64,000 nt of DNA from Yuukianura sp. NJ FZ-2021 (taxonomy: Eukaryota): contig CM102289.1 of NCBI GenBank assembly GCA_046563655.1, positions 992,001 through 1,056,000 on the forward strand. The letters run 5' to 3'. The notes under the pieces were generated by a model. It saw only the letters and a list, made by a program, of their open reading frames with translations. It made no database searches and was not told the origin of the DNA. The translations under genes were made by a program, and so were the position numbers. Of the stretch, positions 11,834 through 26,300 are shown one piece after another; position 1 is the first letter of the stretch, and the number at the start of each line of letters is the position of its first letter.

Positions 11834-13525
11834 ATGAATGGAGCAGGGGCTGTGCGGTTACGATGGTCGAGTCATCAAACCACTGTCATGTCCGCCGTGG
11901 ATAACTTTTTTGAGGACGAGTCCCTTGTGGACGTAACATTGTCATGTGAAGGCCAAACACTCCAAGCCCACAAACTCATTTTAAGTGCCTGTAGCCCCTA
12001 TCTAAAGGTCAGTTGATGTTATCTTGATATCGTCGTTCGAAATCATAGGTCAATGTGCCTTATTACACCAATCATAAGATTAGGTTTAATTTATCAAAGA
12101 CTTGATTCGTTTTTTTCAGCAACTGCTCGATACAAAGGAACGAGTGGATCCGATCATCTTCTTCACTGGAGTGAAGTTTGCTCACCTCAACGCCCTTATC
12201 CAATTCATATACCGTGGTGAAGTGAATATCTCTCAAGAGCACCTTCCTTCATTCCTTACCTTGGCAGAAGATCTACAAATACGAGGATTAGCAAACCAAG
12301 GTGATTCATCCACTGAGTCAGCAACTCAGCGGATACGCTCAACCATTCTGGAAACAAATAACAGTAGCATTAGCAACTCTAAAGTAACAAATTCAACAAA
12401 GCCCAAACCTATTCGGAAAGTAGGAAAACACTTAGTCGGTAAAAGTTCAACACCACCACATCCTCCACCGCCCCCGTTGAAGAAAGCTCGATCAAGCATA
12501 GCTTCGGATGATGATCAGAGTATACCAGATGAGTTCCAGAATGGCCTTGTTTCACAAAATTCAGACTCCATTGACTCCGGTAACTTCCTGTCACCGGAGG
12601 AAGAACTTCAATATGAAGCAATAGCCATTGAAAATTCAGAAGATGAACAGTGTGACGGAGAAACTATTGTGGGCGATCAGCTCGATACGGATGCAACGGA
12701 TGGTGCTGGAACCGAGGTATTCCATCGTCATTTCCTGTTAGGTTCTTTGCACAATTGCTGATTTTTAGCACAGACTTTATAATCAGCTGATTTCGTTTTG
12801 TTTTCGTAGGACGATGTCAAACCTGGCAGAACAAAACTGGATTGGAAGCAGCTTTTGAAAGAAGAAGACTCGAATGAACAACTCAGTAAGTTTCTAAAAT
12901 CCCGCCGTTAAATACATGTTCGCTTTTTAATTGATAATTTAACATTAATTGAACTTTTTTTTTAATTTTAGGCATATCTGACCCAGATCAAGAAGCTATG
13001 GGTTGGCAGTTTGCTGATGGTGAAAACGAAAGCATTGAAATGACATTAGACGACGACGAAGAAGATGAGATCCAGGGAATGCCTTCCAGTTCCAGAAATT
13101 CCAGTGGCAACGACAGTAAGTCTATAAAAACGTTTGAGGATTCTGGGCCGAGAGAGCGAGTTGCATTGCGAGAGATGAGAGAAATGAATGGGAGAAAAAT
13201 GTTTCTCCTGTGTGTATTTCCTCATATCGTTTCAATGCAAAAACTCCTTGGCCCAGAGAATCTGTTGCTTATGGGAAACAGATACTCTGGTTATGTGAAA
13301 CGTTTTTGAAGGTTTTACTAAAAAGTTTTGTCACTTTCAGTTGAACCAACTGCATGTCCGCTTTGCAACAAGCAGTTCCAGAAGCGGAAGACATGGAATA
13401 CCCATTGTCTCTACGACTGTCCCATGGTTCCACCCAAGTACAGTTGTCCCAACTGTCCCTACAGAGCCAGAAGAGGATACCAGCTCAAGATCCATTGCCT
13501 TAAAATCCACGGAATAATCACCTAG
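11834..13525 (+). CDS. BTB/POZ (tramtrack-type) zinc-finger transcription factor, lola-like; exons 11834-12007, 12120-12716, 12810-12885, 12972-13115, 13341-13525
   Basis: The ttk-type BTB reads LRWSSHQ..LVDVTLSCEG..LQAHKLILSACSPY..FIYRGEVNI..LAEDLQIRGL. The C-terminus has a C2HC plus C2H2 finger pair (CPLC..HCLYDC; CPNC..HCLKIH). Splice phases are consistent. Confidence 0.92.
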
Positions 13526-14227
13526 TGCTTACTTTTTCATCGATTAGTAATTGACAACCAGCATGGCGACAACATTCGTGTGGATGGTGGAATTCCGGAG
13601 CAGTTCAATATCAAATGGGACGACGCATTAATTTTTAAGCCGACTTTTAGCCTTGCATCTTGGAAATGAAAAATTAACTTTATTTTGGACTTTGAACTTT
13701 CAATTCCAAATGAAATATCATCACTTAATCTACTTTAGCACTGAAGGATTAACATTTATTTAGTTTTTCTCACCTTAGTTTAACCTTACACCTATAAAAA
13801 AGACACTTTATTTGAACAGTTTTTTCTAATTAAAATGTATTTTTAGATCACTCAAGCCAAAAAGTTTACAACAGGTTTCAACTCAAGAAAACATGAATTT
13901 TTTAACTCTAACAATTTTTAGTGGAAGTTGTCAAGATCAGTTTTTGTAAAAGATGTTGAAGAGATAGTCTGTTCCGATTTGAGCGAAGATGGAGAAGGCG
14001 GGAAAATTTGAACTGTGGAAACAATCAAATCTCATTTGGAATTTCTTCATATCTGGAAATTTACAATTTTTCAGTTATCGTTCCAAATAGCTAGTGTTGT
14101 TACGGCATGCGACAAAAGTTGGCATGCGCAGACGTCGATTTTTGTGTTGACTAGATTGGTTCATGCGCAGTGACTAGAGTTTGGCTGCTTAAAAGTCCGT
14201 TGGACTGCAAGAAACTGAAGCAAATTT

Positions 14228-17200
14228 TCATCCAAACGGGTACATGAGGTAGCCAAACACAGCGGAAAAGCTGAAAGAAGCAAAAGCAAAATCATGCAAG
14301 TATTTGCTTAGTGTTCAACCGTTAAGTCAGCATGCTGCATTACATGTATTACATGTATTACATGCATTACATGTATTACATGTATAAGCAAAGCATGTTA
14401 CATTAATGTAATTAGATGCATATTGCATTAGTGTAACTACATTACCGACTAAAGTACACTTACGCAGCGGAAATTGTTGACCAAAGTGAGAACATTGAAC
14501 TGGTTTGGGGTTTGGCGTTGACGGAAGGCGTTTCACGTGAAGATCTGAAATTTGGGGGGCGTGGCTTGCAGAGTTCTTCCCGCGCATGACTTTTTCCTGA
14601 TCGAATGTCACAGAGCATGCGTAGTCTGCACTCTTCGTCACAAGGGGGCGCCACTGGCGAGTTTTTGTAGTAATATCTAACATTAAAAGCATTTTTAAGT
14701 AATAATTAATTAATTCTTGGATTGAATTTATACTGATTGACTTCTAATACTATTATATATTAAATACTATATATATTATAAGTTATTATTAATATACTAT
14801 AATTCTTACCGATAGTATCGATTGAAGAGCCTTCTGTCCTTGTACATAAGCATTACGAGGTCGTCCCAGTCAACGGGACTCAAAGACTTGAGGCCGTAAG
14901 CCTCTTTTGCAGAGTACATTTTGTACCACGTGAGTTCCAGTGCACGTACTCTGTTTGCCTCTCCAAGGTCAGTCACCCACGTCTCATGATCTAACACCAT
15001 CTAGAAAATTTTGAGAAAACAAAAGTTTTCAAAATTTTGAAATTTTTTTTTTTTGAAAGTCCCTCTGTTTTTTACTCTGGTAGAGGTAGGGTAGTCGCCA
15101 TCGACATAGTAAATTCTGTATCCTGGATTGAGATTAAAGTAGGGCGTTACAGATGGACCAACGTAGGCAACACTGGACGCGCGAAACGGGTCTTCCTCTG
15201 CGTAAAACAACTCCATTTCGTCGAAATGGGTGTGGCCAAAAAATTGGGCGCGAATTGTACTTTCATACCTGAATTCAAAATTTCAAAATTTCAAATTTTC
15301 CGCCTCTTGGTATAAGTTGTGTTATGTTAACGGTTACCTAGACACAATTGCATAGTAGTTACGTGACCATGTCTGTAGACAATCGGAGTAGCCAGGCGGA
15401 ATGTGTCCAATGATATGCACTTTTTCTTGCGCAAACTCTGCCGATTGCAGTTCAAAAATCAGCCATTTGAGCTCATCTGTCGGATCCGTACTATTTACAA
15501 GCAGCCACCTAAAAACATTTGAGATTTTCTTCTTTTCAATTTTTTTTTAAACTTCTGATTTTGATTCTGCTCAATTTTTTGGTTTTTGGATTCACGCTTA
15601 CCAGTTCTTGTTATTACAGTAGTTCATATTGAGTGAAATGATTTTGAAGCCAGGACTGACGACCGTTGAATAGTACGCGCCGGCGCGTACTGTTCGCGCC
15701 GTCGACGCGGGTAGCCATCGTGACCACTCTTTTTGCAGCTCTTCATATAACCAATCAATTGAATTCTGGGGGTCAGTGACCCATGGAGGTGCGAAACTAT
15801 TAACAGGAGCTCCTTCATGGTTCCCAAGCGCGGGAAAAATCGGGACATGCGGAAAGTATTGCATGAAAAGGTCGACGGTATCTTTTAAGATTGCGACATT
15901 TCCGGCATGCGTTTGGTTCCAGACATCATGCGCCGGAATATCACCGGTCCACAGGATATAGTCAATGTCTTTATGAGTGTCTGCGATGTGTCGGAACATT
16001 GATTCCATCGTTTTGCGTGGAGTGTCACACTTCCGGTAGTCCCCCATAGTCCGGCACCGAGATGGGGGCGAGGCGGTTTCGGACCGGAACTTATCCGGCA
16101 ACACAACGGTTCGTTGCAATCGGCATTCGAACCGGGTTCGTAGTGCGGGTCCCAGTGAGTATCGGATATTTGCAAAACCTTGAGTTTCGGAGATTCCGGT
16201 TTCGGAAGGGGATACGGTATTTCGATTGGCGGTTTCGGTACTGGTGGAAAAATTATTGACCATTGCATGCTTGGAGCTACGCCGGAACCACACGACTCTC
16301 CGACCACAAGAGCACAAATTTCGTTCGAATCCAGAATCAACACACGCATGATCTGAACAACTTCGTCCTGAAAACGAAAAAAGCGGTAAAATCCGAAATT
16401 CAAAACCTAAATTCAAAATTTTCAAAATTTTGAATTCCCGCTTTTTCGAAAACAGTGTTTTACTTACTACATATGTGTTGATAATTCCGTGACAGACACG
16501 CGGAGTTTGCATTTTCAAATTTATGCAAAGTTTGGTCGCTGCAGCAGCGATTTCTGCATCAGTTCTTCCGGTCCGAACATAGTGAAATAACAATCCAACT
16601 CCTGAAAAAATTTGAAATCCAAAATCAAAACTTAAATTTTGAAACTTGGCTTTCGAAATTTTGAAATTACCGGCTCTGCATGCCGTGCATGACACGGAAG
16701 TCATGACGGAAGTTTCAATTTCTCGTACGACTCTTGAGAGATCCAATGCAGTTGTAACTCTCGTAAAAATTGAAGTAACGCCGTCGCCAATTGCACGACC
16801 ACCGCCATTTCTCGCAGTTTTATTTTGAAGTAAAGTTGCATTTGCGACGGCGTACGTCAATTCGTCAAGGTCAGCATCAGAAGGCGGTTGTGGTCGGAAG
16901 TAACTGATGATCGGAGGATTTTGAGTATTTTGTTGCTCTATTTCGTTTGTTCCGATTTCATACTTTGCATTATCATCAACTGCTCCAATTCCCGCGGAAA
17001 CTTGAAATTTTCAAAAAAAAAAAATTGTGGTAAAAACTGAGCTTGAGAATAACAAGTTTGTAATTTTAACGTGGTTTTATGTTCCTGTGTCAAAAGTTTC
17101 ATTTTGATTAAAAAATTTTATCATGAGTACTTTTGTACTTTGGTGTGTTCAAAATTTAACTTTTCCTTTACATTTCTCTGCCTTTTGACCTCTAACTTTT

Positions 17201-17493
17201 AAATAGGAAATGTTGAATGAAACAAGTTGACCTTCGTGAAAACCACACAAAAAAAGGACGTTGACTCAATTAACTTATTCATTTTGGAATCACGCCATAA
17301 ACTCAACATGCGCGTGGTGATTCACTTTTCGGTCCACTACGCACATCACAAACTTCGCAAAAAAAAAGTTTTTCAGACTAAAATTCCTTTACATTTAAAA
17401 AAAATCTCAAATTTTGTGTAGTACTTACCACGACTGAGCAGGAAAATTCCAAAAACAAAAATTTTGTGACAAAAACAACGATTTTGTTTCCAT
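14228..17493 (-). CDS. SMPD1: Acid sphingomyelinase (saposin-B plus metallophosphoesterase), multi-exon; one apparent frameshift at 16041-16045
   Basis: Saposin cysteines (CTACRAG..CHGII) and motifs [44 protein letters not shown] and NPGYRIY. The C-terminus reads [11 protein letters not shown]. The putative start METKSLF is at 17493. Confidence 0.93.
14335..14410. repeat. Intronic (TACATGTAT)n tandem repeat
   Basis: A 9-bp unit repeated about 5-6 times. Confidence 0.8.
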
Positions 17494-18637
17494 TTCGTGT
17501 GAGACGTTTTGCTCATTTTCTAGTTTTTAGATTTTCCAAAAATCTCGACGCACTTTTATCAAATCCTTAAAAACTTTGTACAAATTTGCTGTTTTGCTTG
17601 AAAATTTGTCACAATTTTGCGTTTTTCTTGAAATTCGTCACAATTTTGCTGTCTTTCTTGAAAATTTGTTGGTTTCTGACCACTTTGATGCGGAAAGTGT
17701 TTAAATCTGCGCAATTAATTAGCTGTTCCTGTTTGAACTGCTAGTGTGTAACTGGGATGAATTTGTTTTAAAGGGGGATGAAGATGTGTATTTTTTGTTT
17801 GAGTTTGAGGGAGAGATGGAAATAGAGCAGATTTGATCTTGATAGGGCTAAATATGTACTGTTAGTCTAGGTACAGGCATTCAAATTCTCCCTCCCTTTT
17901 CACATGAGCTTTTAGATTAGTTTGTGAGGAATTGTTAGAGTAATTCCTACTAAGGTTAGTGTATGACAACTGATATGATCATGTGATATGGACAGGAGGA
18001 GATGCTTTTTATGCTTAGCAAAGTACCTGCTGAGTGACATTCAACAAAATAAATTTCCTCTGTATTGCTTTTTCCCTGTAAAAAATTTTTCTTCCCTGTA
18101 AAAACTGTTTTTTTTCCTGCAGGGCGAGGTCAGTGGGTATCGAGGTCATTCCTCAATGAGGCATTCAAAACTTAACAAGTTTTTTTTTCGTTTTAAAACT
18201 TGTAACAAGTCTCAATTAATGAAATCGAGTCTCATTTTTAAAAGAACATTTTTAAAAACCGGAATTTTAAAAATCGAATCTCACTTTGAACGGGAATTTT
18301 CCACACACTGAAAACTAAAAACAAGTTCAAGTGAAATTGATGATTTTAAAGAAATTTGATGCCGGTTTTTCACACATGAAAAAAAAAGTTACAAAAAAAT
18401 AGTCTTCGATGATACGAAATTAATCAACTTAATCAACAGTTTTTCACAAACGTGTTAATTAATTTGAGTTTTTGTTACGGTTATACGATTTTTCCAAAAT
18501 TAGGATAATAGAGCAGGTCATAAAATTACAAATTAAATTAAATTTACAAATTCAAAGTAAAATTTGATCATTATGTTCAAAAATTGAATTAAAAAAAAAT
18601 TAAACACTCATTCAGAACCTACTCCAAAAAATGCATT

Positions 18638-19150
18638 TTGCTAAACGATTGGATTTATGAGGAGCTCAGACAGCAGCATATCTGTCTATTCATAGTTTGC
18701 CAAAAAGATAGAAAAATTTGTCATAATTCATTTGGCGTCAAACTTTGCCAATGTCGTTAAACCCTAAATAAACTGAGTTTGAATGACATAAAGTAATGAT
18801 TAATAATTAATGTTAATTTAATTCATTGTAGGTTAGTTTAATTATTATATTAATTAATTGTTATTATGACCTAATTATTGTTATAAAATAATTTGACCTT
18901 ATATAATATATAATAATTTGCTAAACGATAGCACTTATCAAGAAATGACACCAGGAAGGCTGTGTGTTCAAGTTTGCCAAAAAGAAAGAAAAATTTGTGG
19001 AAATTTATTTGGCGTCAAAATATGCCAATGTTGCTAAATCCTCAAACTGAGATTAATTACATATCGTAATTATTAATCATTAAAATTAAACTAATTTATT
19101 GTAATTTCGTTTAATTATTATATTAATTAATTATAATTATAACCTAGTTT
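18638..19150. repeat. Tandem duplication with about 280 bp unit (starts 18638 and 18918)
   Basis: Shared TTGCTAAACGAT, GTTTGCCAAAAAGA, ATTTGGCGTCAAA and AT-rich tails. Confidence 0.85.
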
Positions 19151-19203
19151 GACCTTGAGTTTAATTCTACCGATGAACGAAAGCAGTTAAACTAAATCTC
19201 AAG

Positions 19204-19823
19204 TTATGAAACAATTTTTGCTGGAATGAGGACACAGACAATGTCTTTTCCATCGCTGCTCACCAACTGCCATTTGACCTGGACTGAAATTTTGGGATAA
19301 CTTTTCAGAACATTGATCGTATTAGTGTATTGGTACTGTGTCCCGGCCACCAGAGGGCACTTCACTCCAGAATCAACGCATCCATCGGGCTACAAATTTC
19401 AAAAAATCAATTTTTTTTTTAAATTTGAATCTCAAAATTTTGTAATTTGGAGTTTTAGGGCCTTACATGAGGAACGTGAAACGGAAGAGGAACGGAACCG
19501 ATGATTCCATGGACCAAAGGCTTGAATTCCTTCACTGCTACGTTCGGAATGAATCCAATGTTGACTGTTTCCTTTGTTCCTGCTTTGAGTTCACATGGAT
19601 CAGCATTGCATCCCACCACTTCCACCTTGGTTACCTTGCCAACAGTTCCAGTTAAAAGTTCATCACAGTCGGAGTAGGGCGTGTCACTCAATTCTTCAAA
19701 CATCCAACTGAGACTGCGCCAATCCATTCTTCTACTGCTGCTCAAACTGCCCTCCACGGAGCGAAATGTCAACCAAAGGGCGACTACAGTCAGCACAAGA
19801 CAGCAGCGGAACAGTGCACCCAT
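19204..19823 (-). CDS. NPC2: NPC2 / ML-domain lipid-binding protein (2 exons)
   Basis: Signal peptide and ML-domain cysteine pattern: DC...VGCNADPCELKAG...PDGCVDSGVKCPL...VKWQL...IVCVLIPAKI. Confidence 0.92.
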
Positions 19824-20338
19824 TCTCAAAATTTTGGAAAACTGAAAAACTCCAAAAACTCAAAATTTTGAAAATATTCCTTGAATCTGTTTTTGTTCAA
19901 GTTGCTAAGATGAGTGTTGAAACTGCACTGAAGATGAAATGGGGGCGTCTGTATCTAAGATGTTCTTGGTGACTCATTTGTGGCGTGATAAGTTCCAGAA
20001 CTTTTGAACTTTTGCTTGTACTTTAACTCTGTTTTGTGTTTCAAATTGAAACTTTCAATTCGTAAAACTTAAAAGTTAAACTGAAAAGTTGTTTTTGTGT
20101 TTTGAAGTATAGATAGAAAAGGGAACTTACAAAAGTTGTTGACTTTGACTTTTTTTCTTATCGAGCTGTTTTTAGTCACGAAGAAAAAAAAACAGTTTAG
20201 ACGCCACTGAACTTTTGTGTTGATTTCAACGACATGAGAACAATAGGATTTCCGGCTTATAATGAAATGGAAAAGTAAAAATAAAATTTTGGTTCAAACT
20301 AATTTTTTTTTTGAAAATTTTGAAAAACTTTTTTGGTT

Positions 20339-22482
20339 TTAATACTGGGCAGCAATGGAAATGAACTTGAGGTACTCCGACACACGCGTGTAGACGACAG
20401 GCATGATATGCTTTATATTGCATCGTCCAATGCCGTAACTAACCACTCCAACTTGTCGGTACGTTCCGTCAGTAGAGTTGACTGCCACCAGAGGGCCACC
20501 CGAGTCGCCCTAAAATTTTTCAGTTTTCAAAATTTTGAAAAATGGATTTTTTTGAAAACTTACGAAACAAACTGTAGTATTCTTAGGTGCAATGGCACAG
20601 ACTTGTGTAGGTTGAATAGGATCTACAAGCACTTTTCTGCCTAAAGTGATTGCATATGCTTCTGTCATGCGCTCACTACAATCCGAATTTGTTAAAAATT
20701 GGACTGAAAGTTTTTGAAGTTGGAGCGGAATGGAACCGTTTCCCTCTCCGCTCAACGCACCCCACCCGCTCACCACGCCCTCTCCCGAGCTGATCACTTC
20801 TTCTGAAATTATGAAGAAAAAAACATTCAAAATTTCGAAATTTCAAAATTTTAGTTTTTTTTTCTTACTCGGTTCAGGTAGACATATAGGTTGGATGTCA
20901 TTAGAGTACGTAAGGTTACTACGTAGTCGTATAACTGTAATGTCGTTCAAATGCGTTTTGAATGGTTTGTACTCGTAGTGCTGCACAATTGATTCAATTT
21001 CAATTTCGTCCCCTTCCCGCGTTCCATTTGCAGTGGCTAGTCTAATGCTGAGTGTCGCTAGGTCATGAACTCTAAAATTTTGGAAAAGGAAATTTTGAAA
21101 GTTAGAAATTTTGAAAATTTTTAACTTTTTGAAATTTGTTGGACCCTGTGAAGCAATGGTTTGCAGTTAGGAGTAAGTTTGGCCGAAGTACGGAAGCTCC
21201 GCAGAGATGATCTCCGTTCTCTGATTGGATGCTGACCTGCCACGGGAATTCTCGCCCTTCTGCTTGTTGTCCGTTCACGATCAGCACTTTGTCTGCTCTG
21301 CGACTGTGCAAAGTCAAAGTGTTTAGTTGATTTTCACTTCCGACGTCATCTGATTCGTACATTAACTGCCGACCACATAGCGGTTCATCTGAAATGTTGA
21401 AAAAAATGCTGAAAATTTAAAAATTTTAAAAATTTTGGAGACATTTTTGAAATAGAAAATGGATTCCAGACTTTTCCAGGTTTGGATTCCTGCACATGCG
21501 ACTTGCGTCACTTTGAAATGTACTTTCCATTTGGAGCTTTGAATCAGAAACAAAAATTTGACTGAAGACGAAGTCTGCTTTTCAGTTGGAATCAGCCATA
21601 CAATTGCTAAATTTTTTCAAAAATTTAAAAATTTTGAAAACTAATTTAAATTGAGTTTCAATTAGAAACCTGAGTAGTTTTTCAAGTCACAGATTGTCTC
21701 TACAGGGGAATTCGGGAGATTCAAAATTACGAACGAGTCGATGATACATTTTCGCGTAGTAGTGTACTTTGTTGACCCGGTCATCACCACATCTTTAAAA
21801 TCCATCCTAAATTTTCAAAATTTTAATCCAAATACTAAAATCAGTTTTTTTTGAAAGACTTACTTCAGAGCACAAACACCCGGAAGCGGAAGAACACTAA
21901 ACACACATTCAGTTGAGCCATTTGTACTGCTAGGGTAGCCAGGGGTCATGAACTCAGTGACCCAGTCGGTAGAAGATCCACCACATTTTGGTACCGTGGT
22001 TACTGAAAATCAAAATTAAAAATTTTCAAAATTTCAATTTTTCAGAACTTTCACTATATTTAATTTTTGAAAAGCGCTTAAGGTCATACCTTTACAACAG
22101 ACATGCGCACGTTTCGGGCAGATTCCCATCTTCCTAATGCCACCAGCTGCTTCACATTCTGCAGAGGACATGCAAGTACCGTGACCTTGACATTTTGTGC
22201 TGGACGTCCAAAGGTCATTGCCAGTCGTTGATCCAGTAGAAGTCTTCGGACGTAGAAGCGAATGCTTGTCATGCTCTGCTGATGCTGCCAGCATAACACA
22301 AAGTTTTGAATTCAATTCAAAGTTTTAGCTGATCTTTACAGCAAATAACTTCCAATCGTTCCAGTTATTTTTAAGTTTCAAGAAAAGTTTATAAAAAAGA
22401 AGTTTGTCTAAAACTTACTCGATAGTGAGTTGACTCTAAGCAGAAGTGCAAAGACAATGACTTTGTTAAAGCTGTGTTTCAT
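20339..22482 (-). CDS. Modular trypsin-like serine protease (Cys-rich N-terminal module, CUB-like domain, S1A domain), multi-exon
   Basis: IVNG activation site, FPWQVS, HLCGAS, and the full catalytic triad LTANHC, NDITVIRL and GDSGGPL. The N-terminus has GTCMSSAECEAAGG..CC, and the signal-peptide exon is MKHSFNKVIVFALLL. Confidence 0.88.
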
Positions 22483-23332
22483 TTTGGAAGGAGATCACAG
22501 AGCAAATACCACCCCATTTTCAAAAATTTAAATGTGAGTTGAGGCTAGAGTTGGCCAAAAATAAAATTTCAATGGCAAATGGCAACTCAATGAAAATCCA
22601 ATTAAATCAAGACCTCTTCATGTCCGCTTTTTTATTAAAAGAGGCACGCAATGTTGGATCAGTGTCAATGTCACACAGTCATGCATAAGAACAGCACATT
22701 TCGAGAAAAAAAAGTTTGAAAACTAAATTATCACCTAAAAAGATGGGATTTGTTTTAAAAATTTAGGTTTGTCATAAAATCACTGAAAGCAGAAGTAAAG
22801 AACTAAAGTCTGTCCATCATTTACCTTGCTCAAAAATTATGTGAATTTACTTGATCAAAAGTAGAAGCGTTTTAATTGTGTGTCATGAATTCATTTCTTG
22901 TGGTTCAGAAGTTAGTTTTGTGTCAACTTTGGATTCAGTTGTTATGTGAACAACAGTGTATTTTGTAGAAAAGCAAACGTTGAATGTCACCCCAGCAGTC
23001 TCAAACTTAATCCCACCGGTGAATTAAATATTTAATAGAGCACCGAAAAGTCGAATTTTTTAAAAATAGGTTTTCAAAACACTATGAATTTTATATTCGG
23101 CAAAGTATGCTATTCTGTGGTTGTTCCACGACAGTATTAAATTGAAGCGTCTAGACGAAGAAGGGCCTATGTCGTGTTGCTAAGAAAAACAATTTTACCT
23201 TATCTTGTTATTCAATTAATTTCTAATGCAAGAATTACTTATTTACAAAATTATTTGCTAAACAATTTCCTTGGAAACGATTTACACTCTCTCAGTTGCA
23301 GTTGGGCATCGAAAATACAAAACAAAAAAATA

Positions 23333-26300
23333 ATGGACCCGAAACTTATTTTGTATCTCAGTTTCGTCGTCTTTTCTACTGGAATTGAGTTATCTGGTTG
23401 TTTTTTGCTCGAACACATAAACTTGGATGTGTATTTGGGCGGAAGTTGGGCCACATGCTACAACCACGTGATTCTATACTCCAATTACACCAATATCTAC
23501 AGTTCTCATGCACTAACATTGGATCGGCATGGGAAAATGGCGATCCCAAGACGTTTTGAAAATAGCTCCTGCGCCGTAGTGACAAAGCTGGGCAATGTGA
23601 CTGTAACCAGAAGTCCGCTATTCTGTCCCAGAGACAACCTGCACTATATGACAAACAAGGTGGACTGCATTGGTGTTACTGCCATTTTCCCATTGACAAT
23701 ACGCCAAGAAGGTGAATTGTATGTCTACTTGGGACGGTACTGGTTTCCAGTATCGTTTTATAAAAGTGACGGTTCAGAGGATCAGCATGGGAAGCACACT
23801 AGGTTATTAGAGGGATACAATTTAGAACCAATTCTGTTGCAATCAATCACAGACTCCTGCCGATTTGAGTCCATCATGACCGCCCCGACGAACGAATGGA
23901 TAAAATGGAACAACAAAGTCGCATATAACAAATACTTTAATCTGTTTGTCGTGAGAGTGGTGTACAAAGAATGTAACAGATCTTCAGTCGGCGGACAATT
24001 TGAAATATCAGTTGGAGTTCCCGGTTTGAGCATCCCGAAGTTTTTGGTTCTTAATTCGCAGCGTCTGCCGCCGGTCATTGAATTTGATTTGATCAAGCAC
24101 AAAGTTCTGAAAACCTTGCCGATATTTTTATTTTCCCCGTACTTAGACCCAATTTCGAGGAGTATTTATCCTGCAATTAGTCAGTTTGTTTTGGCACGTT
24201 ATAATCAAAGTGGCTATCCTGACGCAGGTAATAATTGTGTTACTTATTTGCAGTGTTGCTGGATATCCACTTTTTTGACATTTGGTACACGGCTGGATAT
24301 CCAGTGGAAGAAATGGATGAATCCAAACTGGCGGAGCTTTGCCCGCGGGTTAATTAATCTTTTTTATCCTTTGAATTAATGAAATACAAAAGCTTAAAGA
24401 ATTCAAAATACCGTACAAAAAACGAACGAAATATCTTTTTTGTATGAGTTTGAAATAAATAATTAATTTTAATGTTCGAAAGAAACACTTTTTGCTGAAG
24501 TTTGATAACATGTTATCAACTTACAGCATCGTCTGCCGATATAAAAATGTAGCAATGGCACTGGACTTTTCTCCGGATCCAAAGAAAATGTAGCCGTAGG
24601 AAGTCGAATTAAACCAAAAATCCAAATAAAGGCGTTTTTGAAGCGCATAATTAACAGAAAAATAACGTAAAAGAAGGAAAATGTGCAGCGGATACAGTTA
24701 AAAGTTAGAAATTGTGCAAAATAAAAATTAAATACCCGAAGTGTGGAATTGTGCAACTTCGCAGAACGAAAAAGAAACGAAAGTTGTGATTTTGCCATCG
24801 AAATATGGTCAACTTTGGTGGCACTTTTAGGTTAGAAGGTGGTGTCCCGACATTTCAATTTTTTTTACACTGACTCTACAACTCATGCCAATGACTATGC
24901 TGGATCTCCAGGATGTCGGGACACCGCCTTCATTTTCATTTCCTTGCTCGAATTTGGGCCCAAAATCCGGAACCAACCTTTGATTTTTTTTTTAATTTCG
25001 CGCTAAATTCTTAATTCCTTCCATCCACTAAAAGTTTCATCCATTTCGGGTGAGTTTCTTCCAGTGGATATCCAGTGGAAGTGGCAATTAAGCCACTGGA
25101 CGTTTAACCGTCAAGCAACACGGCTTGTTTGGTTCAGAACCATAGTTCGGCACTCTCGTGATTTCATCTCTGCGATCCCGAGATCCCCTATCTCCGATCT
25201 GGGATCGGAGATCGGGGTGGATGAGTTTTTGGATCATTTCATTTTTCCAAAATTCGACTTATCACCTAACCTTAAGTCCAAATTATGCTCGATTTTCATA
25301 GAAAAGGTTTGTCGTAGAATTATAGTTGGGGCAATCAAAATAGACCCAACTTTTTGGTTTGAGAAAAATACATCACAAACTCACACCTGTGCGAAGTTTG
25401 CACCCACTCCGCTAGTCTCAACTCAGAACTGAAGCATGAAATATTCAGAACAATAGGAAAACAGGTTTGATTTTATTTTTGAAAAATTACTCAACGTCGT
25501 TTTCGGACTCTTCCGAAGTGTCGGAATCCTCATCCGATTCGCCCAAAGTAATTGATTGATTTAATCAGTGGCATTTTACCAATTCCATCCCTTTCCCAGT
25601 AGATTTTTTCTTCTTTCCTGCAATGTTCTATTGCTTTCGTCCAGTCGTCAGCAGTAATTCTATCACATGCTTCTAGGAACAACATTTTCAAATCAGTACT
25701 TTTGTCTTGCTTTAGGTTATGCTTTGCCACATACACTTTTACGTTGGCCCAAATAAGCTCTATTGGGTTGAATACACAATGGTATGGAGGTAAGCGTAAA
25801 ACTTTGTGACCAAATTGTTCAGTAATTTCGTCAATCCAGTACCTAATTTTTGTCGGTTTGTGCGCTAAAATAAGCATGTACAACTGTTTTTTGGTAGCAT
25901 TTACTGGAAATTCGATGGCTTGCTCTGTCAACCATTGGATCATTTTCGGTTTTACCGTGTTTGAATTTGGAATGTTATCAACTCTGGAAAAGAAACAAAT
26001 TGTTAGAGCAAAAATTGGTTATTGATTTTTTGTAACTTATTACCGGCGGCTATGATAACGAGCGTTGTCTAGAACAATAACACTTGGTTTTGTCAATAAT
26101 TTGAGGAATTTTTCGATGTACCAATTTTCAAAATACTCAGCATCCATGTCCTGGTGATAATCCGATTTTCCAGTGTTGGACCAAAAAATATCCACCGCAC
26201 CATTCACAAATTGTGGTAAATTACCTTTTAACTCAACTGATTTCAAAAGTGTATTTACGCTTCGATCCTTCCATTTGGGCACAAACATAAGTGGTGAGTT

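Noticed and set aside
23174..23332. GTG-initiated N-terminal extension of A1 in the ORF track
   Set aside because: Paralogs start at MDPK followed by a signal peptide, and the extension is not conserved as coding sequence.
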